Assembly (NCBI GenBank): GCA_963703315.1
Contig: OY969811.1
Coordinates: forward strand, 1,632,001 to 1,696,000
Reading direction: 5' to 3'
DNA length: 64,000 nt
Source: an uncultured cyanobacterium
GTDB lineage: Bacteria; Cyanobacteriota; Cyanobacteriia; Pseudanabaenales; Pseudanabaenaceae
Below the pieces are notes generated by a model. The model did not search any database. It had not been told where the DNA came from and worked only from the letters and a program-made list of their open reading frames with translations. Positions 1 to 9,354 of the stretch are shown here, piece after piece. How positions within the stretch are numbered: position 1 is the stretch's first letter; every line of letters starts with the position of its first letter. The position numbers and the translations under genes are program-made.

Positions 1-1091
1 TCCAAAGCTTGCGTTAAACTCCCAGCTAACTCTGGAGTGTGAGCAAACCACTTACCAATAAATTTGTATACATCATTAGGATAATCAAAATCTAAATTTC
101 GATAGACATCAAAACCTGTTAGCGCATTTTTGCCACCATCCCAAACATTCACCCGACAAGTCAAAACAACTCGTACATTCTTGAGCCAGCTTTCTTTTAA
201 TTGACTTGCCAGATAAGAAAGCGGATTGCTAACCGTCATCTCATCAACACCATCAAGCAATAACCAAACCTTTCCAGACTTGATCGCATCTCCTAGCGAA
301 TCTTTCCATGCTTGCGGAGCAGCCTCAATCTCACCCGATGCCTCACGCACCCAATTTTCTAATAGATATTCCTTTAGACTTTTTGCTCCCAAATCCGTCA
401 AAGAAATCCAGACTGGAATATCATCACTTTCTTCCAGCAACCAAGAACCAATTTTTTGTAACTGCGTAGTTTTCCCTGCTCCCGCCTCCCCAATCACCGC
501 AATTCTCTTACCATTGCTAATTTTGGTATTACCCCGCAAAAGCACATCTTCAAAAAACTCATCATGAGTAATCGGTGTTACCTTTTCTTCATACAACTCA
601 GATCCGCGATCGGGCGCACCATCATCTTCATTCCGTTTAGTTTTTTGTTGACGCTCCACCACACCCAAAGGCACAAAAACATCATCAAAGTCAAAGCGAA
701 TCCCATCCCCAGCAGTTAAAGCCTCAGTAGTCAGTTTCTTCCAATCTTCTAGCAAATTCTTACTCGCACTTCTCAAATCAATCTCATTAGCACTCACTTC
801 TCTTGCATTAGTAGTACTATTTTCAAAAAGTGGTTCTTCTACTAAGTCATTTGGATTTAACCCTAGTAAATTAGCGATAAGAAGTATATTTTTCTTCTGT
901 GGAGGACGTTGAAAACTTAAATATTTACATAGTGACTCGTAAATACTTGAATCATCTTTTCGATTTTTTTTCGTAGCATCAATTTCATTAGCTAAATCTT
1001 CTTCAATCCAACCTTTCTGTTGCATTGCTGCTCGAATTAGATCAACACCCTGAGATGTAAAGTACCTGCTGCGATCGCGTAGTTGTCCCAT
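1..1091 (-). CDS. NACHT-family STAND NTPase, 5' part (runs off the window's left edge), with N-terminal putative HTH-like domain
   Basis: Manual translation from ATG at 1091 (MGQLRDRSRYFTSQG...) is open to the window edge. Walker A IAVIGEAGAGKTT, Walker B VWLLLDGVDEM and VVLTCR are present. Missing from the ORF track because there is no stop in the window. Confidence 0.85.
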   Translation of the reverse strand, partial: MGQLRDRSRYFTSQGVDLIRAAMQQKGWIEEDLANEIDATKKNRKDDSSIYESLCKYLSFQRPPQKKNILLIANLLGLNPNDLVEEPLFENSTTNAREVSANEIDLRSASKNLLEDWKKLTTEALTAGDGIRFDFDDVFVPLGVVERQQKTKRNEDDGAPDRGSELYEEKVTPITHDEFFEDVLLRGNTKISNGKRIAVIGEAGAGKTTQLQKIGSWLLEESDDIPVWISLTDLGAKSLKEYLLENWVREASGEIEAAPQAWKDSLGDAIKSGKVWLLLDGVDEMTVSNPLSYLASQLKESWLKNVRVVLTCRVNVWDGGKNALTGFDVYRNLDFDYPNDVYKFIGKWFAHTPELAGSLTQAL

Positions 1092-1220
1092 AGTTGCCGT
1101 AGAAATTAACAAACTAAATCAATAATCAAAGCTTGTCACAAGTGACTTAAACATGGAAGGACGAATAACGACAGTTAAGGACAAATAAGCAATCAACTTA
1201 TAACCATCAAACTCTTCTTG

Positions 1221-1481
1221 CTATCTATAAGCTTCTTTACGATGAGCAATCAAAAAAATCGCAATATTCTTTTTCTCCTCCTCAACATAATAAATAACCC
1301 TGTAATTGCCAATACGATATCGCCAATATCCCAAATAATTGCCCTTTAGCTTTTTAATATCAGCACCCTTGTAAGGGTTTTGACTCAAGTTATCAATACA
1401 ATCATCTATTTGAACAGCTAACTCATCACTAGCTTTTTCGTAAAACTTTTGAGCCTTACGAGTCATTGATACCTCATACAT
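1221..1481 (-). CDS. RelE/ParE-family type II toxin
   Basis: 86 aa with IKKLKG...WRYRIGNYRVIY motif; overlaps the upstream antitoxin stop. Confidence 0.85.
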   Translation of the reverse strand: MYEVSMTRKAQKFYEKASDELAVQIDDCIDNLSQNPYKGADIKKLKGNYLGYWRYRIGNYRVIYYVEEEKKNIAIFLIAHRKEAYR

Positions 1482-1716
1482 GGCGGCGAATGCTCTTAAA
1501 AGAAACTACATCGCCATTTTCAAAATCTTGCAAAGCCTCTTGAAAATCTTCCTTAAAATTAGGAATGCTCAGCAACTCCTCTGTTGCATCATTGCTTTCT
1601 CTTTCATCAAGATAAGCCATAAAGTCAGCCGCCACCCGTAACCTCTCAGGTGACAACCTTTGTAAAATCGCCTCAATTTTCTGCACAGTATGGAGATTTT
1701 CAGCAATAGCTTCCAT
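1474..1716 (-). CDS. Putative antitoxin (DUF2281-like) of the RelE toxin
   Basis: Small acidic protein (LSPERLRVAADFMAYL...ATEELL) coupled to relE; ATG at 1716 preferred over 1743. Confidence 0.7.
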   Translation of the reverse strand: MEAIAENLHTVQKIEAILQRLSPERLRVAADFMAYLDERESNDATEELLSIPNFKEDFQEALQDFENGDVVSFKSIRRHV

Positions 1717-1763
1717 ATGAATCACCCGAAAAATATACTGCAAACATTTTACAAGAAATTTAG

Positions 1764-2072
1764 TTAACTCGGTTTAACCGTTACCGTCAGTCTTAACCCC
1801 AAACTATCCAACCACGCCGCTAAATCATACACCGCTTGACTTTTATCACTTACGCCAAAATCTCTCACCCATTGCCGATCGCCTTCACCACCCAATGAGA
1901 TCGCCACATCATCAAGCGCCGAAGCCAACAACTCAGGCTCAGGATCAGCTTCCTCCAAAATTGCCGCAATATAGCCAGCCGCCCTTTCAGGTTCTTTGAG
2001 CGAATTAACTAAATATTCTTGATAATCTCTACTGGTCGAGATTTTGGGGATTTTCTGGGATTGTGACTCCAT
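1764..2072 (-). CDS. Addiction-module antidote-like DNA-binding protein
   Basis: YLVNSLKEPERAAGYIAAILEE and LDSLGLRLTV motifs typical of putative addiction module antidote proteins. Confidence 0.65.
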   Translation of the reverse strand: MESQSQKIPKISTSRDYQEYLVNSLKEPERAAGYIAAILEEADPEPELLASALDDVAISLGGEGDRQWVRDFGVSDKSQAVYDLAAWLDSLGLRLTVTVKPS

Positions 2073-2454
2073 AGAACAAATTCTTGAGTAGGGACAGATA
2101 ACGACAATTAAGACAGATATTATCTTCCCTCAAATGTCCTTCACTTCCACAAATACAAACGCTAAGTTAAGCACATCGAATCTAACTTAGTTATGAACAC
2201 CCACAAACAAATCCAACAAATCGCCGCCATCGACGAACTCCTCGATCAAGCGATCGCTCTTACCCCCATCCGCAAACCCAAAGACCTCAACCACCTCCAA
2301 CGCCGCCAACAACAACGCGCCATCAGCAACGACATGATCCGCGTCGCGATCGCCACATCATCAAGCGCCGAAGCCAACAACTCAGGCTCAGGATCGGATT
2401 CCTCCAAAATAGCCGCAATATAGCCAGCCGCCCTTTCAGGATCTTTGAGCGAAT
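1899..2454. repeat. ~107-bp direct repeat (1899-2005 and 2348-2454), a partial duplicate of the antidote gene
   Basis: gatcgccacatcatcaagcgccgaagcc...ctttgagcgaat occurs twice with few mismatches; the second copy starts at a HIP1 site. Confidence 0.9.
2193..2353 (+). pseudogene. Truncated DUF4258-like gene, cut at a HIP1 site
   Basis: HLQRRQQQRAISNDMIRVAIA resembles the DUF4258 start; beyond GCGATCGC (2346-2353) the sequence is the antisense antidote duplicate. Confidence 0.45.
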
Positions 2455-2487
2455 GATTTACGCAGAGCTTCCTTAATCGACACTTGC

Positions 2488-2715
2488 TTGCAGAATGCAC
2501 GTTTGAATGGTGCAAATTTGGCGGGGGTAGACTTGCGGACAGCCAATCTCACTGATGCAGATTTTGAACAGTTTGAAAGTATTGCAGGGGCAGATTTTAC
2601 CTATGTTGTCGGTTTGACTGACCAAATGCGATCGCGCCTACTCAGTCATCCGCAACAAGATCTAGAAACGCTTAATCCTTTAACTCTGAAGACAACATTA
2701 GCCAGTTTGTCTTAG
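2488..2715 (+). pseudogene. Pentapeptide-repeat protein, C-terminal fragment
   Basis: ARLNG ANLAG VDLRT ANLTD ADF pentapeptides; no convincing start. Confidence 0.55.
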
Positions 2716-2785
2716 ATGGTCTCTCGTTCAAGTAATCCAAAAGCTAAAAATGGCGTTGCCATTTTTAGCTTTTGAAATCCTTACT

Positions 2786-3409
2786 CTAAGCTGGACGTAC
2801 AAACCAGAGACTCCTTTTGCCATCGTGGGAGATGCAATCAAGGATCAGATTTTTGACTTGAATTGGTAATTTACCAGTCCTACGCGCACGACGTAAACTA
2901 CTAGGCGAACATTCCAAAATTTTAGCGATCTCTGCCGTTGTCCACAGTCGTGTAAACAAATCATCGGGAAAAGAAGATATGCTCTGAGCCAGTTCTTTCC
3001 ATGCTTGGACATATACCTCAGTGGCATCATGATGCTGAATGATCGTTTCACTATCAATATTGCTAGCATCCACTTCTACTAGTGCGGGAGGTCGTGGATC
3101 TAATTCACCAAAAATCTCAGTATCAATATAAACTTGAACATTAAATATATCGTCCCAACTTTTAAGAAATTCTTCTTCGTTTTCTGCGTCCAAATCACGT
3201 GGATAGTTGTTTAAAGTCGGAGGTTTTCCCAATGAGTTATCAGTGACATTTTTAGCACGAGCAATCAGATCTTTTAAAGAATCAATAATATTAAGTTGAT
3301 CATGATATTTATAGAGTCTGATGATTTCTTGGATTGATACGGCAAGATCCTTGGGTACGGCTAGCATCTCCGTATCTGATTGCTGTGTTGACTGCGAGGT
3401 ATCGACCAC
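2786..3409 (-). CDS. Hypothetical protein with C-terminal HTH
   Basis: 207-aa ORF; WTTAEIAKILECSPSSLRRARR is HTH-like. Confidence 0.6.
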   Translation of the reverse strand: MVDTSQSTQQSDTEMLAVPKDLAVSIQEIIRLYKYHDQLNIIDSLKDLIARAKNVTDNSLGKPPTLNNYPRDLDAENEEEFLKSWDDIFNVQVYIDTEIFGELDPRPPALVEVDASNIDSETIIQHHDATEVYVQAWKELAQSISSFPDDLFTRLWTTAEIAKILECSPSSLRRARRTGKLPIQVKNLILDCISHDGKRSLWFVRPA

Positions 3410-3540
3410 GGGAAAACCCTAAGTAAAATTGCTATGGAGCTATAAAAAGATTTCCAATAAACCCCTAATTTTAAAAGTATAACGCTAGTCTCTATGGAGG
3501 CAACAACTATTCACCAATTTCTAGATAAGCCAAAGCACGT

Positions 3541-4512
3541 ATGTTTTCCAACACTGTTTCCAATACATCACTATCCATTCATAAATTTCCGATTATCTAT
3601 TCTGATACTTTTCTAGAACATGATACGGGTACTTATCATCCTGAGAAAGCAGGTCGGCTAACGGCGATCGTTAATGCTTTAAAAAACTCAGCGATCGCCC
3701 CACAATTAAACTGGCAAGAACCAACTTCCATCAAATCGCATCAGCGATCGGGCTTGGATATCTTGCAAGAAGTACGCCGCTTTCATACGCAAGAGTATAT
3801 CGAGGCTCTGCGGAACTTAACTAATCAAGGTGGCGGCTATATTGACGGAGATACGATCGCTTCTGGGCAAACTTACGATGTGGCACTTTTAGCAGTCAGT
3901 GCATGGCTCGATGGTGTGGATGTTGTCTTAAATTCTGGTCGTCCTGCCTTTGTGCTAGCGCGTCCCCCCGGACATCATGCCCGCGCTCATTCAGGGATGG
4001 GCTTTTGTATTTTTGGGAATGCGGCGATCGCGGCAATGTCAGCTTGCGATCGCTTAAATCTAGATCGTGTCGCCATCCTTGATTGGGATGTGCATCATGG
4101 TAATGGCACACAGGAGGCAGTCTGGGATCGCCATGATATTGCCTACATCTCTACGCATCAATCGCCCTTTTATCCGATGACAGGTCGCGCCGATGAGACA
4201 GGCACACATGACAATATTTTGAATATTCCGATGCGAGCAAATTCGACAATTGCCGAATATTTACCCGTATTTGAGAATCAGATTATGCCATTTTTAAGAA
4301 AATTCAATCCTGATCTATTAATCGTCAGTGCAGGATTTGACGCAAATGCTGATGATCCTTTAGCGAGTATTTTGCTAAAACCAGAAGATTTTGGGACTTT
4401 GACTAAATTATGTTTAGAACTAACACCCAAAATTTTATTTGGTTTAGAAGGCGGCTATGACTTTAACAGTCTGTCGCGATCGGTTATTAGTGTGATTGAG
4501 CAATGCCTATAA
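3541..4512 (+). CDS. Histone deacetylase family protein
   Basis: HPE, RPPGHHA, GFC, DWDVHHGNGTQE, SAGFD and LEGGY motifs. Confidence 0.95.
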   Translation: MFSNTVSNTSLSIHKFPIIYSDTFLEHDTGTYHPEKAGRLTAIVNALKNSAIAPQLNWQEPTSIKSHQRSGLDILQEVRRFHTQEYIEALRNLTNQGGGYIDGDTIASGQTYDVALLAVSAWLDGVDVVLNSGRPAFVLARPPGHHARAHSGMGFCIFGNAAIAAMSACDRLNLDRVAILDWDVHHGNGTQEAVWDRHDIAYISTHQSPFYPMTGRADETGTHDNILNIPMRANSTIAEYLPVFENQIMPFLRKFNPDLLIVSAGFDANADDPLASILLKPEDFGTLTKLCLELTPKILFGLEGGYDFNSLSRSVISVIEQCL

Positions 4513-4548
4513 AAAAATAGAGAGACGCAAAGCGTCTCTCTATTTTTT
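4511..4548. terminator. Hairpin between convergent HDAC gene and rpsR, likely bidirectional terminator
   Basis: aaaaaaatagagagacgc-aaa-gcgtctctctatttttt; a second small hairpin follows at ~4552-4570. Confidence 0.65.
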
Positions 4549-4574
4549 ATCAAAGACGCTTTGCGTCTTTTTTC

Positions 4575-4802
4575 CTAGCCTTCTTTGTTGATGAATGGCA
4601 ACAAAGCAACTACACGAGCTTGCTTAATCGCTGTTGTCAATGCCCGTTGCTGCTTTGCGGTTAAACCTGTAATACGGCGGGGTAAAATTTTTCCACGCTC
4701 GGTAATGTATTTACGCAGTAATTCGACATCTTTGTAGTCGATTTTGGCAGCAGGCGCGATCGGAGAGAGGCGCTTACGATAAAAAGAGGAGTTCATTGCC
4801 AT
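4575..4802 (-). CDS. rpsR: 30S ribosomal protein S18
   Basis: [26 protein letters not shown] motif. Confidence 0.98.
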   Translation of the reverse strand: MAMNSSFYRKRLSPIAPAAKIDYKDVELLRKYITERGKILPRRITGLTAKQQRALTTAIKQARVVALLPFINKEG

Positions 4803-4840
4803 GATTGGGATTACGCGGTTTTAGTGATTGGGTTAATGGA

Positions 4841-5035
4841 CTATTTGATTTCTTTGTGAACGGTGTGAGAGTTGCAATGGGGGCAGAACTTTTTGAGTTC
4901 TAATCTTGCAGTGGTATTACGGCGATTTTTCATGGTCGTATAACGAGATACACCAGGCGATCGCTTATTGGCATTGGTGCGACATTCGGTGCACTCTAGC
5001 GTAATAACGAGACGGACACCTTTGTTTTTAGCCAT
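4841..5035 (-). CDS. rpmG: 50S ribosomal protein L33
   Basis: LECTEC...[21 protein letters not shown]. Confidence 0.98.
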   Translation of the reverse strand: MAKNKGVRLVITLECTECRTNANKRSPGVSRYTTMKNRRNTTARLELKKFCPHCNSHTVHKEIK

Positions 5036-5243
5036 TTTTGTTAGTTGTGAGATTACTTAAAAGTGCGATCTACAATTGTTACACAAAACTAATCAAAAGC
5101 CCAAGTTAAATTTCAAAAAATCCAAAAAATAAATCAAACTTATAGATGTCCTATCCAATCCCCCATCAACAGCAATCATCTATTCAGTCCATATAGCCAG
5201 TAAAAAACACATCAACCAGCGATCGCCTATCCAATCCCCATAA

Positions 5244-5321
5244 CTAGTGAAGGTTTTCTAAGTCTGCTAAGTCTTGCAGTCTGCCAGATGCTAGTTTGTT
5301 TTTCTTGAGATTATCAAGATC
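5244..5321 (-). pseudogene. C-terminal relic of a nucleotidyltransferase-like (DUF6036-type) gene
   Basis: Translates DLDNLKKNKLASGRLQDLADLENLH*, fused directly to RM-tail repeat R5. Confidence 0.5.
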
Positions 5322-5397
5322 GTTGATAGAGTTTGTAAACTAAGCGATCGCACTCCTTTTCTAACTCGCTCGTATCAGCATGGTGATCGCCTTTTTT
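5322..5397 (-). repeat. RM 3'-tail repeat R5 (truncated)
   Basis: Encodes KKGDHHADTSELEKECDRLVYKLYQ; near-identical to the copy at 7104-7275. Confidence 0.9.
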
Positions 5398-5527
5398 GAT
5401 GTTCATCGCTAAATCGGTAAGTACCTCAATCGAATTGAAACATCGCTTACGGACATAATCACGCCGTTTGTAAGTTCTGTGGCATAGTCATTTAAAATTG
5501 CTAACAAATGACGGTTAACTACTTCTC

Positions 5528-6594
5528 GGCACTGGTCATTGAATTAGTGGTATGAGAAAATAGAGGCAGAGGAAAGGAGAAAGCTATGGAATGCCCCCAC
5601 TGCCAGAGCCAAAAGATCATCAAAAATGGCAAACATCATCACCAAGATGGCAAAGCTATCCAGAACTATTTGTGTAAAGGATGCGGCAAGAGATTTAGTG
5701 AAAGGACAGGAACGCCAATGTCAAGGCTGAGAACACCAGCGAGTGTCGTATCCTTAGCGCTAAAGATGAGGAGTGAAGGGATGGGAATCAGAGCCAGTGG
5801 CAGAGTCCTCGAAAAATCCCATGTCAGCATCATGAGATGGGAGCAAAAATTGGCAACCCAGTCACAGCAATGGAGTCCAGATGCCCCAGCAGGAGGAGAT
5901 ATAACAGTCGAGGGAGATGAGGTTTACACTCGCGTAGGCGAGAACCTTCCCCCCCTCAAAGTCAAAAGGATGGACAGTGACATTCATTGAGCGTAAGAGT
6001 CGCTATTGGATTGAGGCAAGGGTAGGACTCAAAACCACTGAATTATTTACTAAAGCAACCAAAACAGCATGGCAATGGGCAAAGGCAAGTCAATACATCC
6101 GATGGTTTACCGATGGCGAAAGACGCTATGCCCAACAACTATGGCAAATGGCAAGTGTGCGCCTCAAATCCACTGAAGTAAGTCGTGAGTATAGACATCG
6201 CAAGGTATGGCGACATGGCTTAGAAGTTGCGATCAAAATTAAAAGTTCACAGGGAAATCGTCGGGTCGAATGGCTCAAACCTGAGCATCCCTATACGGCT
6301 ATTAGCGACAAGTGTGACATTCATGCCAATCACAATGAAGCTAACAACAGTGCTTTGAGAAGGAGATGTAGTGCTTATCGTCGCAGACAAAACCTATATG
6401 CGAAGAATACCGAAGGATTACAACGAGCAGTCACTGTGCAAAGATTAGTTCACAACTGGGTGAGACCTCATGTGGGCTTAGGGAAGAATAAGACTCCAGT
6501 TATGGCGATCGGGCTATATCATCGACCGCTTTCCATGCTGGAGTTGCTTTCACTACGAGGCTTTCACTCCCTCACGATTTAACTGACCAGTGCC
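5528..6594 (+). mobile_element. IS1-family insertion sequence
   Basis: Terminal IRs GGCACTGGTCA / TGACCAGTGCC; 8-bp TSD TACTTCTC at 5520-5527 and 6595-6602. Confidence 0.92.
5586..6582 (+). CDS. IS1-family transposase in two frames (5586-5990 zinc ribbon/HTH; ~5950-6582 DDE part)
   Basis: CPHC...CKGC zinc ribbon, EGDE, FTDG, NHNE motifs; frame change at the C7 run 5949-5955. Confidence 0.85.
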
Positions 6595-6842
6595 TACTTC
6601 TCGGCTTACATTTCCTAAACGAAATAAAATAACGCTGGGTAGGCTTTCACCACTAATTGCTAATAGCTGGGCAAAGTCTAAATCTACGGTCAGTAATATT
6701 CGTTCTTCTTGGCGAGCTTTTTCTAAAATATTGGGATCTGTCATCTTTTCTAGATTCTCTTCAATCAGGTGGATTGCGTCATAACCTTGTTCTCTCAAGA
6801 GTGCAATTGTGCGGGGAGAGATGCCCATATCGCCTAAGAATT

Positions 6843-7091
6843 TCATACTGCTTGAGGGATTTGCCAAAAGATGACTCGCTCTTGGGTGAGCCAAGCGGCA
6901 TATCTAAGCGCTTGCTGGATGTCTTCTAGTTCGAGATAGGGATAGTCTTCGATGATTTCTGCTGTTGATAAGCCGTTGGCGATGAGGTTGATGACTACGG
7001 ATACGGGTATCCGCATTCCGCGAATGCAAGCTTGACCTGCCATGATTTTTGGGTCAAAGGTTATGCGATCTAGTCCTGCTATTGCTTTCAT
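6843..7091 (-). CDS. DUF433-family antitoxin
   Basis: RITFDPKIMAGQACIRGMRIPV...EDYPYLELEDIQQAL; ATGA overlap with the DUF5615 gene. Confidence 0.9.
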   Translation of the reverse strand: MKAIAGLDRITFDPKIMAGQACIRGMRIPVSVVINLIANGLSTAEIIEDYPYLELEDIQQALRYAAWLTQERVIFWQIPQAV

Positions 7092-7103
7092 TGTTTTTGC
7101 CTC

Positions 7104-7275
7104 TTATTCTATTTTAATGGCTGTGTATTCTTGTTCTGTTAGTTCAAATTCTGGGTCGATCACTTTTACTTCGTCAGAGGTGAGTTGATAGAGTTTGTAA
7201 ACTAAGCGATCGCATTCTTTTTCTAGTTCGCTCGTATCAGCATGGCGATCGCCTTTTTTAGCGGGTGAGAATTTT
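7104..7275 (-). repeat. RM 3'-tail repeat R4
   Basis: Encodes (ILT)AKKGDRHADTSELEKECDRLVYKLYQLTSDEVKVIDPEFELTEQEYTAIKIE*. Confidence 0.92.
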
Positions 7276-7291
7276 TATTATCCAGTTTAAA

Positions 7292-7628
7292 TTAACTTTG
7301 TTGTTGATATTCTGTGATGATATCCCTAATCTCGTCAGCTTCAATGTCTGACTGTTCAGACTTAGGATAAATAGTTAGTAAAACTATTCCTGTTAATGTT
7401 TTGAGATAATAAATTAGGCGATAACCTCCACTTTTTCCTTTCTTAATATCACTATTTTTAACTCTTAGTTTAAACACAGGATAGCCAATCCCTGATATTT
7501 GATTCTCCTTGCTCTAGTTGGTTGATAACTGGTTGGAGGTCTTGACGAATGTTTCGATATTTTTTGGCAAGAGTGCGTATATTTTTCTGAAAAGCTGGTG
7601 AGGCTTCAATTTGGATTGGGTTAGTCAT
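7292..7628 (-). pseudogene. RelE/ParE-family toxin, frameshifted
   Basis: MTNPIQIEASPAFQKNIRTLAKKYRNIRQDLQP...GE, then a frame change, then QISGIGYPVFKLRVKNSDIKKGKSGGYRLIYY; span 337 nt is not a multiple of 3. Confidence 0.8.
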
Positions 7629-7854
7629 TTTCTAGCCCTTCCCAAAGTTGAGATAGTGGAATTGTTTGACCTGTCATCGCTTCGTGCCATGCTTGGCGAA
7701 AGTCAGATATTATTTCTTCTTTAGTGAAGTCTTCTGGTGATTCTGGAATCAGTACGATGATTTCTACTCGACTATTTTTGTTTTTCAGTAGTGGACTGTC
7801 TAGGGTTATTTGCCCTTGTTCGTTGATGGTTGCCATTGCTTTAAGTGCTTTCAT
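7621..7854 (-). CDS. Putative antitoxin paired with the RelE pseudogene
   Basis: 77 aa, ATINEQGQITLD...FRQAWHEAMTGQTIPLSQLW; overlaps the toxin start. Confidence 0.7.
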   Translation of the reverse strand: MKALKAMATINEQGQITLDSPLLKNKNSRVEIIVLIPESPEDFTKEEIISDFRQAWHEAMTGQTIPLSQLWEGLEND

Positions 7855-7878
7855 GTTTTTATTCCTTAGTTAGAAGTT

Positions 7879-8027
7879 TTACTTTGTTTTAATTACTGTG
7901 TATTCTTGTTCTGTTAGTTCAAATTCTGGGTCGATCGCTTTTACTTCGTCAATAGGTGAGTTGATAGAGTTTGTAAACTAAATTATCGATCACCTTTTCT
8001 AGTTCGCTCGTATCAGCATTAGGATTA
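7879..8027 (-). repeat. RM 3'-tail repeat R3
   Basis: Encodes NPNADTSELEKVIDNLVYKLYQLTY/(+1 nt)/DEVKAIDPEFELTEQEYTVIKTK*. Confidence 0.9.
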
Positions 8028-8031
8028 ATGT

Positions 8032-8397
8032 TTACCTCTTTCTGATTCTAAATTTATTCTGATCGACAATTACAGTTGCACCAATTATCTCTGGCAAATT
8101 AACTTGACTAATAAATTGCTCTAATACTTGCCGAATTTCTATAGCGATCGCTTCAAAGGGAAATCTTAAAATAATTAAACCTCAATGTGTATTTGGTGGA
8201 TAGTTTTTAATGTTTGACCATCCGAGATCGCGGCTAATGATTATTCTTTGTTCTGTTTGGGCGAATATAAATATTTCAGGATCTTTTGTGCCGCTAAGTC
8301 CAGATGTTTTGATGTGAATGGCATCATGCCCTTTGTCGTTGAGTAAAGTTTCTAAAATAAGTGGACAATCTTCATCGATTAGAAAACGTAATTTCAA
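8032..8397 (-). pseudogene. DUF5615 PIN-like toxin with in-frame nonsense codon
   Basis: MKLRFLIDED...IIISRDLGW...NTH*GLIILRF...KFRIRKR*; 122 codons with an internal TGA at 8182-8184. Confidence 0.85.
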
Positions 8398-8636
8398 CTT
8401 ACTTTCTCCATTGAATAGACTGTTTCATAGTTTAAAAGCTCGGAAAAGTAAGCAAGTGAGGCAAGAATCTGTTCGTGGGTAACTGCATATTCTTGAATTA
8501 CTTCGTCATAGGTCATGCCACCAGCGAGGGAGCCGATAATTATGGCGATCGGAAGACGAGTTCCTTTTAGTACGGGTTTACCATGTTGGATTTCGTTGTC
8601 AATGGTAATTACATCAGTTAGTATACTTTTTTTCAT
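8394..8636 (-). CDS. DUF433-family antitoxin
   Basis: ITIDNEIQHGKPVLKGTRLPI...GMTYDEVIQEY. Confidence 0.9.
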   Translation of the reverse strand: MKKSILTDVITIDNEIQHGKPVLKGTRLPIAIIIGSLAGGMTYDEVIQEYAVTHEQILASLAYFSELLNYETVYSMEKVS

Positions 8637-8699
8637 AATCTATATTCCTTATAAAAGCTAAACATTTTTACAAAAATCTACACCTTATCTTTTCCCTTG

Positions 8700-8820
8700 T
8701 CACCTCTCTCCTTCTACTATTTTAATCTCTTCTTCTGTCAATCCGTAAAGTTGATAGACTAAACGATCGCACTCCTTTTCTAATTCGCTCGTATCAGCAT
8801 GGCGATCGCCTTTTTTAGTA
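8700..8820 (-). repeat. RM 3'-tail repeat R2 (alternative ending)
   Basis: Encodes KKGDRHADTSELEKECDRLVYQLYGLTEEEIKIVEGER*, a typical Type IIG/Eco57I-like C-terminus. Confidence 0.9.
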
Positions 8821-8825
8821 GTTTG

Positions 8826-9098
8826 TCATGGTTTAAGCAAATTGACTGGATAAGCTCGAACTGCTTCGTCTACTGTCGCGATCGCCATATTATTTTGTAT
8901 AGCTTGACAAATAAGCATTCTGTCAAAGGGATCACGATGTAAAGATGGGAGTTTGGCTAGTTGAGTTACACTGGCTTGATCGAGGTCAAGATTAAGAATT
9001 TGATGGCGATCGCAGTGTTTAGGGAAATATATTTCAGGTGATTCTGGTAATGGTAATTTGCCTAGCTGATATTTAACAATGGCTTCCCAAGTTGACAC
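8826..9098 (-). pseudogene. VapC/PIN toxin lacking its N-terminus
   Basis: WEAIVKYQLGKL and HRDPFDRMLICQA are present but the N-terminal LLDT catalytic motif is absent. Confidence 0.8.
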
Positions 9099-9343
9099 AA
9101 CATTTCTTCTGGTAGCGGTGCATCAAAGTCTTCAGGGACGACAAATTCTCCAACACATAAACCAAATGGGCGTTGTTTTTTATTCTTTGTTGTAACTGCT
9201 TTGGATGAGTTTTGATCTTTTAAGGTTTCTGTTGTCTGGATGTCTTCGAGTGTATCTAGGTCTTCTGCAAGAATCCGAATTAGTTTAACTTTTTCCGTTA
9301 CAGTGAGTTTTCGGGCGGCGGGTAGTAGTTCGGCGAGTGTCAT
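9062..9343 (-). CDS. VapB-like antitoxin (extreme C-terminus altered by the deletion into vapC)
   Basis: RPFGLCVGEFVVPEDFDAPLPEE motif of VapC-associated antitoxins. Confidence 0.75.
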   Translation of the reverse strand: MTLAELLPAARKLTVTEKVKLIRILAEDLDTLEDIQTTETLKDQNSSKAVTTKNKKQRPFGLCVGEFVVPEDFDAPLPEEMLCQLGKPLLNIS

Positions 9344-9354
9344 TGTTTTACCTC

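Larger units (their letters stand above)
5409..6846 (-). pseudogene. DUF5615 PIN-like toxin interrupted by IS1-family element
   Basis: MKFLGDMGISP...RILLTVDLDF...GNVSREV (6846-6595) continues in frame after removing the IS and one TSD copy: VNRHLLAIL...IRLRYLPI* (stop 5409-5411). Confidence 0.85.

Noticed and set aside
226..567. 113-aa plus-strand ORF
   Set aside because: Antisense shadow of the NACHT gene.
2246..2515. 89-aa minus-strand ORF as a second antidote gene
   Set aside because: Chimera of the 107-bp duplicate and antisense sequence of neighbouring fragments.
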